Shown here: one piece after another, positions 51,828 to 61,024 of the stretch
Layout: each line of letters starts with the position of its first letter
How positions within the stretch are numbered: the first letter of the stretch is position 1
Source of the DNA: Candidatus Marinacidobacterales bacterium
Lineage (GTDB): Bacteria > Acidobacteriota > Vicinamibacteria > Marinacidobacterales > SMYC01
Direction: 5' to 3'
DNA: 64,000 nt
Assembly (NCBI GenBank): GCA_965224085.1
Contig: CBDCYI010000005.1
Coordinates: 192,001-256,000, forward strand
Translations under genes and position numbers: made by a program
The notes under the pieces: generated by a model
Seen by the model: the letters and a program-made list of their open reading frames with translations, nothing else
What the model was told of the DNA's origin: nothing
Database searches by the model: none

Positions 51828-53138
51828 TTACCCACTAGAAGCTGCCGGAAAGTTTTCGACCGCCCGCTCGAAACGGTCCATGCCCCCTTCTATCTGTTCG
51901 ATACTCGGACAGAAGCTGACGCGAAGGTGTCCCTCCCCGCTCGGGCCGAACTGAAACCCGGGCACCACCAAGACGCGTCCTTCGCTCAGCAGATGAGCGG
52001 CTAGATCGAGGGACGCATGGCCCAGCTCCCGGATATCGGGGAACACGAAGTACACTCCCCGGGGCACATTGCAGTGGATGCCGGAGATACGGTTCAGGCG
52101 TCTTATCAGGTAATCCCGCTTCGCCTGAAGGTTGGCCGTACTGTCCTTCAGCCATGGTGTCATGTCGCCGGTAAGGACGGCATGGGCAGCGCGCTGGCCA
52201 ACCGCCGGGCAGGCCTGAGTGGAGAAGCGCAGAAGGCTATGCATGTGGTCCATGATCGCTGCCGGGCCGACCATATAGCCGATTCGATATGCTGTCATTG
52301 CGAAAGGCTTGGAAAAGGAGTAACCGGTGATGGTTCGCTCCTTCATGCCCGGCAGCCCGGCGATACTGTGATGCCTTACTCCACCGAACAACGTCTTCTC
52401 GTACTCCTCATCGGAGAAGACCCAGAAATCCAGCGTCCTGGCGAGGTCGGCAATCTGCTCGAGCTCTTCCCGGCTATAGACGATCCCGGTCGGATTGTTG
52501 GGGTTGCTCATAACCAACAGTTTGGTCTTGGAAGTTGCGCGTCGTGCCAGCTCATCGAAGTCAAAGTACCACTCCGCATCATGGCGCTTGAGCGGCACCG
52601 GCACCACCCGGCCGCCAGTCAAGTGAATCGCCGGCGCGGTGCTAGAGTACTCGGGATCAAAGAGGAGGACCTCATCGCCAGGGTCGACCAGAAGGCGGAA
52701 GGTACTGTCGATGACCTGTTGGCAGCCGATGGTAGGCAGGATTTCGTCATCGGGATCCGCCAGGATGCCGTTTTCGCGTTCCAGCTTGCGGGCAATGGCT
52801 TGGCGCAGGTCACGGTAGCCCTTGACACCGGGATAGTGCGGGTACGCCTCGACGGCGTCCCGCGCGGCATCGCGTACGAACTCCGGTGGCAGCATGTCGC
52901 CGATGGTGCCGCCCGAGAGGCTGATCACCCCGCCGAGCTCCTCGGCCGAATCGCCCAGATAGCGAGCGGACGCGACGGGGTTCGGCCCACCATGCCCTTG
53001 GTAGGTTGGCTTCGAAGTGGTGTCCTTCATGCGCTTGGCCAGCCAAGGCAGCTCCTGGGCGCGAGCCATTCGCTCCTTTCGGATGGTGCTTTTGCTTTGC
53101 TTCATCAGTCCCCGGTAGCAGGCCTGAACACCAGACAT
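51828..53138 (-). CDS. PLP-dependent aminotransferase class I/II
   Basis: NPNNPTG, SDEEY, SFSKPFAMT.YRIGY (PLP lysine), LRVSF; true start may be downstream. Confidence 0.9.
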   Translation of the reverse strand: MSGVQACYRGLMKQSKSTIRKERMARAQELPWLAKRMKDTTSKPTYQGHGGPNPVASARYLGDSAEELGGVISLSGGTIGDMLPPEFVRDAARDAVEAYPHYPGVKGYRDLRQAIARKLERENGILADPDDEILPTIGCQQVIDSTFRLLVDPGDEVLLFDPEYSSTAPAIHLTGGRVVPVPLKRHDAEWYFDFDELARRATSKTKLLVMSNPNNPTGIVYSREELEQIADLARTLDFWVFSDEEYEKTLFGGVRHHSIAGLPGMKERTITGYSFSKPFAMTAYRIGYMVGPAAIMDHMHSLLRFSTQACPAVGQRAAHAVLTGDMTPWLKDSTANLQAKRDYLIRRLNRISGIHCNVPRGVYFVFPDIRELGHASLDLAAHLLSEGRVLVVPGFQFGPSGEGHLRVSFCPSIEQIEGGMDRFERAVENFPAASSG

Positions 53139-54325
53139 CAGGCGTTGGCCCGGGCCCGGGCCATAAAGCTGCCTATCCTTTCAACTACATAACTCACGTC
53201 ATCCTCGCTCATCTGCGGGTAGATCGGGAGCGACACGATCTGCTGGGCCAGGCGTTCAGCGACGGGGTTCTGACCTACCTTCGCGCTGTAGCGTTCACGG
53301 TAGACGCGGTCCAGGTGGATCGGTGTGGGGTAGTGCACCGAGGACTGGATACCCTGCTCCGCGAGGAATCGGCGGAGCTCATCACGATTTGGAGCGCGAA
53401 TCTCGAAGCGGACGTAGGAGTGGTAGGCGTATGCACGTTCGACCGGCAGGCCAATAGGAACGTCCAGCTGATTCAGCAGCGTACAGTATTGCGCGGCTCT
53501 CGCTCTTCGCGTCTCGATCCAAGCTGGAAGAAGGCGGAGCTGCACACGTGCGATGGCAGACAAGATTTCTGACTGCCTGTACATGTAGCCAACTTCATCG
53601 TGCTCCTGCGAAAGGTAGGCCTTCTCGGCTTTCCTACCTACTTGGAAGGGTTCTCCTCGAGCGTGGTTGGCCAGGTTGAAGACGCGACGGACCTTGGCGG
53701 TATCAAAAGACGCCACGGCCCCCCCCTCGCCTCCGCAGGTCATGGCCTTGTTCTGCACGAAGCTGTAGCAGCCCATGTCGCCGATGGTGCCGACGGCCCT
53801 GCCTCGGTGGCGGGCGGCCACAGCCTGGCAGGCATCCTCGATGACCAGCAGGTCATGTTTTTGGGCAATGGTCATGATGCGGTCCATGTCCGCTGGGTGC
53901 CCGGCCGTGTGCACCGGCATGATGGCGTGCGTGCGCGGGGTAACCGCGGCTTCAACCGCGTCGGGATCGAGATTGTAAGAATCCTCTTCAACATCCACGG
54001 CAACCGGATCGGCACCGACCAACCAGACGCAGTCGGCTACGCTGCTGAAAGTATTGGCCGGGATGATGACTTCGTCGCCAGGCTCTAGCCCGTGCACCAG
54101 CCACGCCAGATGCATGGCAGCCGTACCCGAACTCAAGTTGGCAACCGCCGGACAGCGCGAGTCAGGTCCTTGAATAAACGCGGCAAATTCTTCCTCGAAC
54201 CGCTTGCCCTCGGAGTCACTATCGGGATCTGTCCGGATATAACGGCCGCTCTCTAACACCCGGGCCGCGGCTTCCTTCATCTCCTGAGTGAGGACCGGTC
54301 GAAACGCTACTTGGTGCATGGCCAC
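53138..54325 (-). CDS. DegT/DnrJ/EryC1/StrS aminotransferase
   Basis: SSGTAA.HLA, IEDACQA, SFVQNKAM.CGGEGG and SLPIYP motifs. Confidence 0.92.
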   Translation of the reverse strand: MAMHQVAFRPVLTQEMKEAAARVLESGRYIRTDPDSDSEGKRFEEEFAAFIQGPDSRCPAVANLSSGTAAMHLAWLVHGLEPGDEVIIPANTFSSVADCVWLVGADPVAVDVEEDSYNLDPDAVEAAVTPRTHAIMPVHTAGHPADMDRIMTIAQKHDLLVIEDACQAVAARHRGRAVGTIGDMGCYSFVQNKAMTCGGEGGAVASFDTAKVRRVFNLANHARGEPFQVGRKAEKAYLSQEHDEVGYMYRQSEILSAIARVQLRLLPAWIETRRARAAQYCTLLNQLDVPIGLPVERAYAYHSYVRFEIRAPNRDELRRFLAEQGIQSSVHYPTPIHLDRVYRERYSAKVGQNPVAERLAQQIVSLPIYPQMSEDDVSYVVERIGSFMARARANA

Positions 54326-54389
54326 TCCTTCAAGTCTTTCACATCCGAATCGATGCTAGGCGGCTGGAGTCTTTAAAAAAAGTCGGGCC

Positions 54390-54720
54390 GGTTGGGATCC
54401 CGACGTACCAGCAGGGGCGCAAATCGCCGCCGCGACCACCGCCAGCATTCCAGCCAGGCCACCGGCAGCACCCTTGCGCACCGAGAGATGCGATGAAAAA
54501 GATCCTTCCACCCTTCCCAGCACGGTTACGCCGTTAATTGTACCGGATTCACGGATCGATCATGGCGTCGTCGCTTGGGTCAACCAACAGGTTCACAAAC
54601 ACGACGATGAGGGCGAAGATCAACAATGGCGCCTAGGAGGGTGGGGCTTTGACCGATAACCTGCGGGTGATCAAGGCGTACAGAAGCGATCGGCGCTTGT
54701 TGCGGGTGACGGACTTCAGT
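54390..54720 (-). pseudogene. Eroded remnants of oligopeptide ABC permeases (OppB C-terminus, OppC N-terminus)
   Basis: Minus strand LLIFALIVVFVNLLVD....AMIDP*IRYN*, followed by a hydrophobic GMLAVVAAAICAP..RDP segment. Confidence 0.55.
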
Positions 54721-54882
54721 ATAGTCCTGCTAACCCGTTGGTAAATCTTCGCGCCGCGGGGGTCCACCCGTCCACCATCTGAGGTCGTCATCAGCTGCCG
54801 TCTCGCGCGCGCGCGTTTCTTTAGGCTTGGGTCTTCCGCCGACGGGTGCGATGGGCGCCTAAGTGGCACCGGAGGAAGGATC

Positions 54883-55713
54883 GTGGCTCGGAAGGTGACA
54901 GTCGGCTGCATGCAGATGGAGATAAAGTTTGGCGACAAAGTGTACAACCTCCGCCACGGGTGCGATTTGATCCGCCGGGCCGCGGCAGGCGGAGCTAGGA
55001 TCATTGCCCTCCCAGAACTGTTCTCTACCGGATATTTTCCCGGTGGAGGCACGGTCAATAACGACTACTTCCAGTGGGCCGAGGCCGTTCCCGGCCCCAG
55101 CACGGACCGGCTCCAGAAGCTGGCCAGTGAGCTCAAGGTCACCATAGTCGCACCCATTTTCGAAGTGGACCCGGTGCACAATACCTTTTACAACGGCGCT
55201 TTTGTCGTTGGCCCTGACGGTGTGGTGGGTAGGTATCGAAAACGGCACATTCCCAGCACCCCCAACGGACTAGAGAAGCACTACTTCTCGGTGGGCAACC
55301 TGGGATACCCGGTTTTTGAGACGCCTCAGGCGCGGATCGGCGTATCCATCTGCTACGACCGTCACTTTCCCGAGACCTTCCGCCACCTCGCCTTGGGTGG
55401 AGCTGAAGTGGTGTTCAGCGTTAACAGCACCTCGTCTTCGCGGAGCAAAAAGATGTGGGCTCCCGAGATTCAGGTAGCCTGCTCGTCCAACGGCATTTTC
55501 ATCTTGCAGGTCAACGCCGCGGGAGAAACGGCGGGCTATTTCGGACAATCCTTCGCCTGTAGCCCCTTTGGCGAGGTACTCGCGCAGCTCCCCGAAGATA
55601 AGGAAGGCGTGCTTGTCCAGGAAATAGATCTAGAGGAGATTTCGCGAGCGAGACTGCAATACAGCTCGATCAGAGACACCAACTGGTCGGACTTGGGTTT
55701 GAGCGAGAGTTAA
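54883..55713 (+). CDS. Carbon-nitrogen hydrolase (N-carbamoyl amidase / beta-ureidopropionase-like)
   Basis: E-K-C triad in LPELF, YRKRHIP and ICYDRHFPE. Confidence 0.88.
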   Translation: MARKVTVGCMQMEIKFGDKVYNLRHGCDLIRRAAAGGARIIALPELFSTGYFPGGGTVNNDYFQWAEAVPGPSTDRLQKLASELKVTIVAPIFEVDPVHNTFYNGAFVVGPDGVVGRYRKRHIPSTPNGLEKHYFSVGNLGYPVFETPQARIGVSICYDRHFPETFRHLALGGAEVVFSVNSTSSSRSKKMWAPEIQVACSSNGIFILQVNAAGETAGYFGQSFACSPFGEVLAQLPEDKEGVLVQEIDLEEISRARLQYSSIRDTNWSDLGLSES

Positions 55714-55722
55714 AGCGGGTAA

Positions 55723-57762
55723 GTGATGGCGAAGCAAAATTTTTACGTCGAGGTCGGGGGCACCTTTACGGATTGGGTGCTGGTAGAAAATGATCGTGTG
55801 ACGAAAACGGGTAAGGTCCTGTCAACCCCTGATAAACCCGCCAAGGGGGTGATGAACTCTGTGAAGGATGGGCTCGCCACTCTGGAAGGGGTGTCCGCGG
55901 TTGTTCACGGCTCTACCGTGGCGACCAATGCCGTGCTCGAGCGCAAGGGCGCGGTAACGGGACTCCTGACCACTAAGGGGTTCCGAGACGTTCTACAAAT
56001 TCAAAGACAGTCGAAAACGCGCCTCTTCGACCTTTTTTACCGACAACCCGAACCCTTGGTGCTTCGCGATCGCATTATCGAGGTTTCCGAGCGCATGGGG
56101 CCTCACGGAGAGGTGCGGCAACAGCTGGCGCTCGATGGTTTGACGGATCAGCTCTACCAGCTCGTTGAGGAGGGTGGCACAGAATCCGTGGCGGTTTGCC
56201 TCCTCCACAGCTACGCCAATCCCGAGCACGAGCTCCAACTGGCCCGTTATCTTGAGGATCACTTTCCTCGCCTCTACGTCACCCTCTCCTCAGAGGTGTT
56301 GCCACGCTTCCGCGAGTACGAACGCATGAGTACCTGTACGATCAGCGCTTACGTCAAGCCGCGGGTAGATCGATACGTGGCGAATCTCGAACACTCGTTA
56401 CACCAAGCTGGTTTTACTGGCCACCTGTCGATCGTCCAGGCCAACGGTGGCACCATACCTGCCTCCGAAGCCCGGCGACACGCGGCCAAGATGATCTTGT
56501 CAGGCCCGGCAGCCGGCGTTATCGGGGCTATCGCCTTTGCCCGGGCCAGCGGCTTCAGAAACCTCTTGACCTTTGATATGGGCGGGACCAGTACGGATGT
56601 CTGCCTTGTCACAGAGGGCCAAATAGAGATGTCTACCGAGTACAAGATCGGCGGGCTTCCCCTGGGCATCCCCATGATCGATATTGTAACGGTCGGTGCC
56701 GGTGGCGGGAGTATGGCCACGGTCGATAGCGGTGGCGCCTTGAGAGTCGGGCCAGAAAGCGCCGGGGCGGATCCGGGGCCGGCTTGTTATGGTAAGGGGG
56801 GGCGTCACTTCACCGTAACCGACGCGAATGTGATCCTCGGGCTGCTAAACCCCGCAACCTTTTACGGCGGCCGCATGCCGCTCTCGACGGAGGCTGCCTT
56901 GAGTGCTCTTGACCCCCTGGTCGAGCACCTCGGTTCGACTCGTGAGCAGGTAGCTGACGGCGTCGTCCGTCTGGCCAACGCGACCATGGCCCAAGCCATG
57001 CGGTTGGTGTCTGTCGAGCGAGGTCACGATCCGCGTGACTATACGATCGTCGCCTACGGTGGCGCGGGCCCGCTGCATGCCGTGGCGCTGGCTGAGGAAC
57101 TGGCCATCAGCAACGTACTAATCCCTTACAATCCCGGCCTGTTGTCGGCCTACGGGCTGACGCTGGCGGATGTCAGGCAGGATTATCTCCGCTCTCATAT
57201 CGTAGCGTTGAAGCGCCTCGGACCCGAAACCTTTTACCGGCTCTTCGAGGAGCTGCGCGAGCGGGCACGGCAGGAGTTCAGCAGGTATGGCCTTGGCTGG
57301 GAGAAGGTCGAGGTGAGCTATTCACTCGACATGAGATATGAGGGACAGGCCTACGAACTGATCATTGACGTCGACGACCTGGTTGTTAAGACCTTCAGTT
57401 CGCGCGAGCTCATCGCTCGCTTCAAAAAAACTCACCACTTCCGCTACGGACATACCCCGAGTGGCGACGAGGTAGAGATCGTCAATTTTCGTTTGACTGC
57501 AAGGCACCCGAGCGGGACGCCTCTCTTCGAAGATGAGGCCGCGACGCCGCGAGGGGAGGTCCAGTTCGCGGATAGAGACACCCTCGTCGTCGGGGTCAGC
57601 ACGCTTTGCCGGTTTTACCAGCGGCCGAGCTTGCCGGCCGGCTACACCTTGGCCGGTCCGGCAGTGATTGAGGAGGCCACGGCGACCACCTACCTACCAA
57701 AGGGTTGGCAGGCACGCGTTGACGACGTTCTAAACCTGGTGCTAAGCCAGGATGGGAGTTAG
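55723..57762 (+). CDS. hyuA: Hydantoinase A / oxoprolinase N-subunit
   Basis: GGTFTD, HGST.ATN, SGPAAG, DMGGTSTD, GAGGGS, GPESAGA.PGP motifs. Confidence 0.92.
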   Translation: MMAKQNFYVEVGGTFTDWVLVENDRVTKTGKVLSTPDKPAKGVMNSVKDGLATLEGVSAVVHGSTVATNAVLERKGAVTGLLTTKGFRDVLQIQRQSKTRLFDLFYRQPEPLVLRDRIIEVSERMGPHGEVRQQLALDGLTDQLYQLVEEGGTESVAVCLLHSYANPEHELQLARYLEDHFPRLYVTLSSEVLPRFREYERMSTCTISAYVKPRVDRYVANLEHSLHQAGFTGHLSIVQANGGTIPASEARRHAAKMILSGPAAGVIGAIAFARASGFRNLLTFDMGGTSTDVCLVTEGQIEMSTEYKIGGLPLGIPMIDIVTVGAGGGSMATVDSGGALRVGPESAGADPGPACYGKGGRHFTVTDANVILGLLNPATFYGGRMPLSTEAALSALDPLVEHLGSTREQVADGVVRLANATMAQAMRLVSVERGHDPRDYTIVAYGGAGPLHAVALAEELAISNVLIPYNPGLLSAYGLTLADVRQDYLRSHIVALKRLGPETFYRLFEELRERARQEFSRYGLGWEKVEVSYSLDMRYEGQAYELIIDVDDLVVKTFSSRELIARFKKTHHFRYGHTPSGDEVEIVNFRLTARHPSGTPLFEDEAATPRGEVQFADRDTLVVGVSTLCRFYQRPSLPAGYTLAGPAVIEEATATTYLPKGWQARVDDVLNLVLSQDGS

Positions 57763-57768
57763 TGAGCG

Positions 57769-59433
57769 ATGGATCCCGTAACTCGCAGCGTTATTGGCTA
57801 CGCCATGAACGCTATCGCCAAAGAGATGGGCGTGAACCTCTACCAGGCGGCCCACTCCACCATCGTTCGGGAAATCCGTGACATCGGTACGGCCATCTTC
57901 GACGCCGAAGGCCAGACCGTGGCGATGGCTCACTGGATTCCCATGCTTTCCAATGCCCTGGAGCCGGGCATGCAGGCCGCCATGCGGCACTATGACATCA
58001 GAGCCCTGCAACCCGGCGAAGCACTGTTGACGAACGACCCTTTCGATGGTGGGCAGCACGTGAACGACATTCTCCTATTCACGCCCATCCACTTCGCCGG
58101 CCGAGTCATCGCCTATGCCTGTGCCAGCGCTCATCACCTTGATGTAGGCGGTGCGGCACCCGCCTCCTACGCCGGAGCCACCGACGTATATCAAGAAGGT
58201 ATTGTGTTCCCCCCGATAAAAGTCGATCTGGGAGGGAACTGGACGGAAAGCGTCTTCGGCAAGATCTTCCAGGCAAATATACGCGCACCGGACAAGTCCA
58301 TTCCTGACTTTGACGCTCAGATTGCCGCTTGCCGCACCGGCGATAGGCGCATCCTCGCCCTGATCGAGAAATACGGCGTTGACACTATTCAGGATTTCAT
58401 GAAGGAGATCGAGGTGTATTCCGAGCGGGTAACCCGCGCGTCTATTGCCGAGATCAGAGACGGTGACTATCACGGTGAAGCGTACATGGAAGACGACGGG
58501 ACCGGCTCCGGTGGACCTTTCACCATTCGGCTTGCGGTGCGCGTAAGAGGGGACGAGCTGGTGGTGGATTTCAGTGGCACCGACCCTGAGGCCTCCGGTT
58601 TCATCAACATCCCCCTGGCATCCACCTACTCGACGGTTCGCACGACGATCATATCCATCCTTGGCATCGAGCTTCGCCACGTCAGCGCCGGAGCCTTCCG
58701 GCCCATCAGGCTCGAGACACCTCTGGGAACCCTGGTGAATCCCAGACGTCCGGCTGCCACCCGTGCCCGCACCAGCACATGCTACAGGATTTTCGATGCG
58801 ATCAACCTTGCCCTGGCGCCGGTCTTGCCCCACCAGGTGGCGGCGCCGGGTTTCGATAGCCAGACAGGCGTCTCGTTCGCCTACCGGAGCGAAGAGGGCA
58901 TCGCCATTCTCAGTGAGGCGATAGGCGCCGGTAATGGAGGCATGTACAATCAGGACGGTGCTGACGGTATGATCATGCACCTGACCAACGCCACCAACAC
59001 CCCAGTAGAAGCGGTCGAGATCGAATTTCCCTTTCTAGAAGTGCTTCACTACCGCCTGGTCAAAGACAGTGGCGGTCCTGGCAAGTTCCGGGGGGGGATG
59101 GGCATCGAGCGAGCCTTTCGCACGAGGGCGGGAGGTGTGACCTTCGGCCTTCATTCTGATCGCCATCACCACAGTGCCCCCGGGCTTTTTGGCGGCCACT
59201 CTGGCGCCTCCGGTCAGTGCGCCGTGGTTCGCGAAGGCAAGGAAGAGGTATTGGGATCCAAGGTGCACACCACGCTCAACAAAGGCGATATCCTGACCGT
59301 TCGCACGGGCGGAGGGGCAGGCTATGGCCTACCGGAAGAGCGGGACCCCCAGCGGATCCTCCAGGACCTGCGTGAAGATAGAATCTCTCAGGAAGCCGCT
59401 CTCCTGTATGAGCACTTACCTCGCGAGAGCTAA
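57769..59433 (+). CDS. hyuB: Hydantoinase B / oxoprolinase C-subunit
   Basis: NDPF.GG.H..D, HH.DVGG, QEG, DFSGT, DSGG.G..RGG and GG.GYG motifs. Confidence 0.92.
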   Translation: MDPVTRSVIGYAMNAIAKEMGVNLYQAAHSTIVREIRDIGTAIFDAEGQTVAMAHWIPMLSNALEPGMQAAMRHYDIRALQPGEALLTNDPFDGGQHVNDILLFTPIHFAGRVIAYACASAHHLDVGGAAPASYAGATDVYQEGIVFPPIKVDLGGNWTESVFGKIFQANIRAPDKSIPDFDAQIAACRTGDRRILALIEKYGVDTIQDFMKEIEVYSERVTRASIAEIRDGDYHGEAYMEDDGTGSGGPFTIRLAVRVRGDELVVDFSGTDPEASGFINIPLASTYSTVRTTIISILGIELRHVSAGAFRPIRLETPLGTLVNPRRPAATRARTSTCYRIFDAINLALAPVLPHQVAAPGFDSQTGVSFAYRSEEGIAILSEAIGAGNGGMYNQDGADGMIMHLTNATNTPVEAVEIEFPFLEVLHYRLVKDSGGPGKFRGGMGIERAFRTRAGGVTFGLHSDRHHHSAPGLFGGHSGASGQCAVVREGKEEVLGSKVHTTLNKGDILTVRTGGGAGYGLPEERDPQRILQDLREDRISQEAALLYEHLPRES

Positions 59434-59462
59434 CCACTACGGCCAGACCGTGAGCTCGGTTA

Positions 59463-59501
59463 ACCATGAAATATTAACATGCGATATTAATATTTCATGG
59501 T
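59463..59501. repeat. Perfect 15-bp AT-rich inverted repeat with 9-bp spacer
   Basis: ACCATGAAATATTAA-CATGCGATA-TTAATATTTCATGGT. Confidence 0.9.
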
Positions 59502-59675
59502 AAATAAAACCTCTTGAACTAAGCCGCTCGCGCGGCGGCGGGACCTGCAAGCTCTCCCGAACTGGTGAGCCAAACTGGGGGCATTTTGCCTGCGCCTTTT
59601 TCGCCGCAGCCCATCGCCCTTCCAGGGAATCACGGCGCGCAGGTCGTGTCAAGGGTTTCGCGCGCTTCGCGCGCC

Positions 59676-59836
59676 GCTGGAAATGTTGGATTGGCTGGGG
59701 CAGTGCGGGTTGCACGATTGCTGCGCCGCCCTGGAGGTTGCGCGAGACGCGGTGTTCGGCACGGCCACGAGCGAATTGCTGGAAATGTTGGATTGGCTGG
59801 GGCGCGGTTGCACGATTGTAGCTGCGCCGCCCTGGA
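59676..59836 (+). repeat. Two ~60-bp imperfect direct repeats (period 102 bp)
   Basis: GCTGGAAATGTTGGATTGGCTGGGGC..GGTTGCACGATTG..CTGCGCCGCCCTGGA at 59676-59735 and 59778-59836. Confidence 0.88.
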
Positions 59837-60157
59837 CACGACCTACGCGCCGTGATGCGAGTCACTATGGGCGATGGGCGGACGGGTGCCTCCGGCAGGG
59901 GCTCCGGACTCCGGGTTTTGCACGGCAAGCCAGCCGCGGTGAACTCACTCGCCTCTAACCCGTTTCCCTTGTTTTTCCGGGCCACGGGAGCCAGAAGGGA
60001 TTAAGGAGGACGGCTTCGCCGTCGTCTTCATTCGTTCGATCTTCGCTCCGGACAACGAGTCCTGCGTTTCTCGGAACCGCTCTCTCACACATGGCATCAT
60101 CCCTGTCCCCCGCGGGCGGCGATGGTCGTCGTCTGCTAAATCACTGGAGGAATAATC

Positions 60158-61018
60158 ATGGGATGCCTTAGCGAAAAAATGCTTGCCGACATGAAACTGA
60201 AGGGGTTCGCACGCTCCACGCAGGAGGAGTATCTGCTGCGAGCGCGCCATTTCGCGGCACATTACATGCGCTCACCCGCCGAGATGGGCGAGCCGGAGAC
60301 CCGCGATTATCTGATTCATCTCGTTAACGAGAAGAAGGCCTCTCCGGCCAGCCACCACATGTACGTCGCCTCTCTCAAGTTTCTCTACGCAACCACACTC
60401 AACCGCCCGGAGGAGGTGGCGAAGATTCCTTGGCCCAAGAAACCTCGAACGTTACCCGATATCTTGAGCGGCGAGGAGGTCGATTGTTTGCTTCACTCCG
60501 TTCACTCCGTCAAACACCGCGCGATTCTCATGAGCGCCTACGGCGCCGGGCTGCGCGTTTCCGAGGTGTGCTGTCTGAAGCACTCCGACATCGACTCCAA
60601 ACGCATGCTCTTGCACATTCGTCACGCCAAGAACTCCAAGGCCCGCTATGTCACGCTCAGCGAACGTTTGTTGAGCTTCCTGCGCTACTACTGGAAAACC
60701 ACTCGCCCTCGCGGAGAGTACTTGTTTCCCGGCCGTAATCCTGGTGCCCACATCTCAGACGATGGCGTTCGCTGGGCTCTTCGTAAGGCCGTGGCTGAGG
60801 CGGGGCTCACCAAACGTATCACTCCTCATTCGCTGCGCCACGGTTTTGCCACACATATGCTCGAACTGGGTGAAGACATTCGTACCGTGCAGCAACTGCT
60901 CGGTCATGCCTCCATCCAGACCACGGCCCGTTACACAAAGGTAACAGCAAAGCACTTGGGGCGCATCAAGAGCCCTCTCGATTTGCTGGGAACGAAGAAG
61001 GGCAAAAAGCTCGGCTAG
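60158..61018 (+). CDS. Tyrosine recombinase (N-terminal SAM domain, integron/Xer-like)
   Basis: GLRVSE, HSLRH, QQLLGH and TARY catalytic motifs; GGAGG RBS. Confidence 0.93.
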   Translation: MGCLSEKMLADMKLKGFARSTQEEYLLRARHFAAHYMRSPAEMGEPETRDYLIHLVNEKKASPASHHMYVASLKFLYATTLNRPEEVAKIPWPKKPRTLPDILSGEEVDCLLHSVHSVKHRAILMSAYGAGLRVSEVCCLKHSDIDSKRMLLHIRHAKNSKARYVTLSERLLSFLRYYWKTTRPRGEYLFPGRNPGAHISDDGVRWALRKAVAEAGLTKRITPHSLRHGFATHMLELGEDIRTVQQLLGHASIQTTARYTKVTAKHLGRIKSPLDLLGTKKGKKLG

Positions 61019-61024
61019 CTCATC

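Noticed and set aside
52017-53192. Long antisense ORFs (also 33229..34248, 58075..58980, 25278..26060)
   Set aside because: Shadow ORFs of GC-rich genes with no recognisable motifs.
59676-59836. Possible CRISPR array
   Set aside because: Only two ~60-bp imperfect units and no cas genes in the window.
60158-61018. Classical integron integrase (intI)
   Set aside because: At 286 aa there is no obvious IntI-specific insertion before HSLRH, and there is no cassette array; it is coupled to an IS91 transposase.
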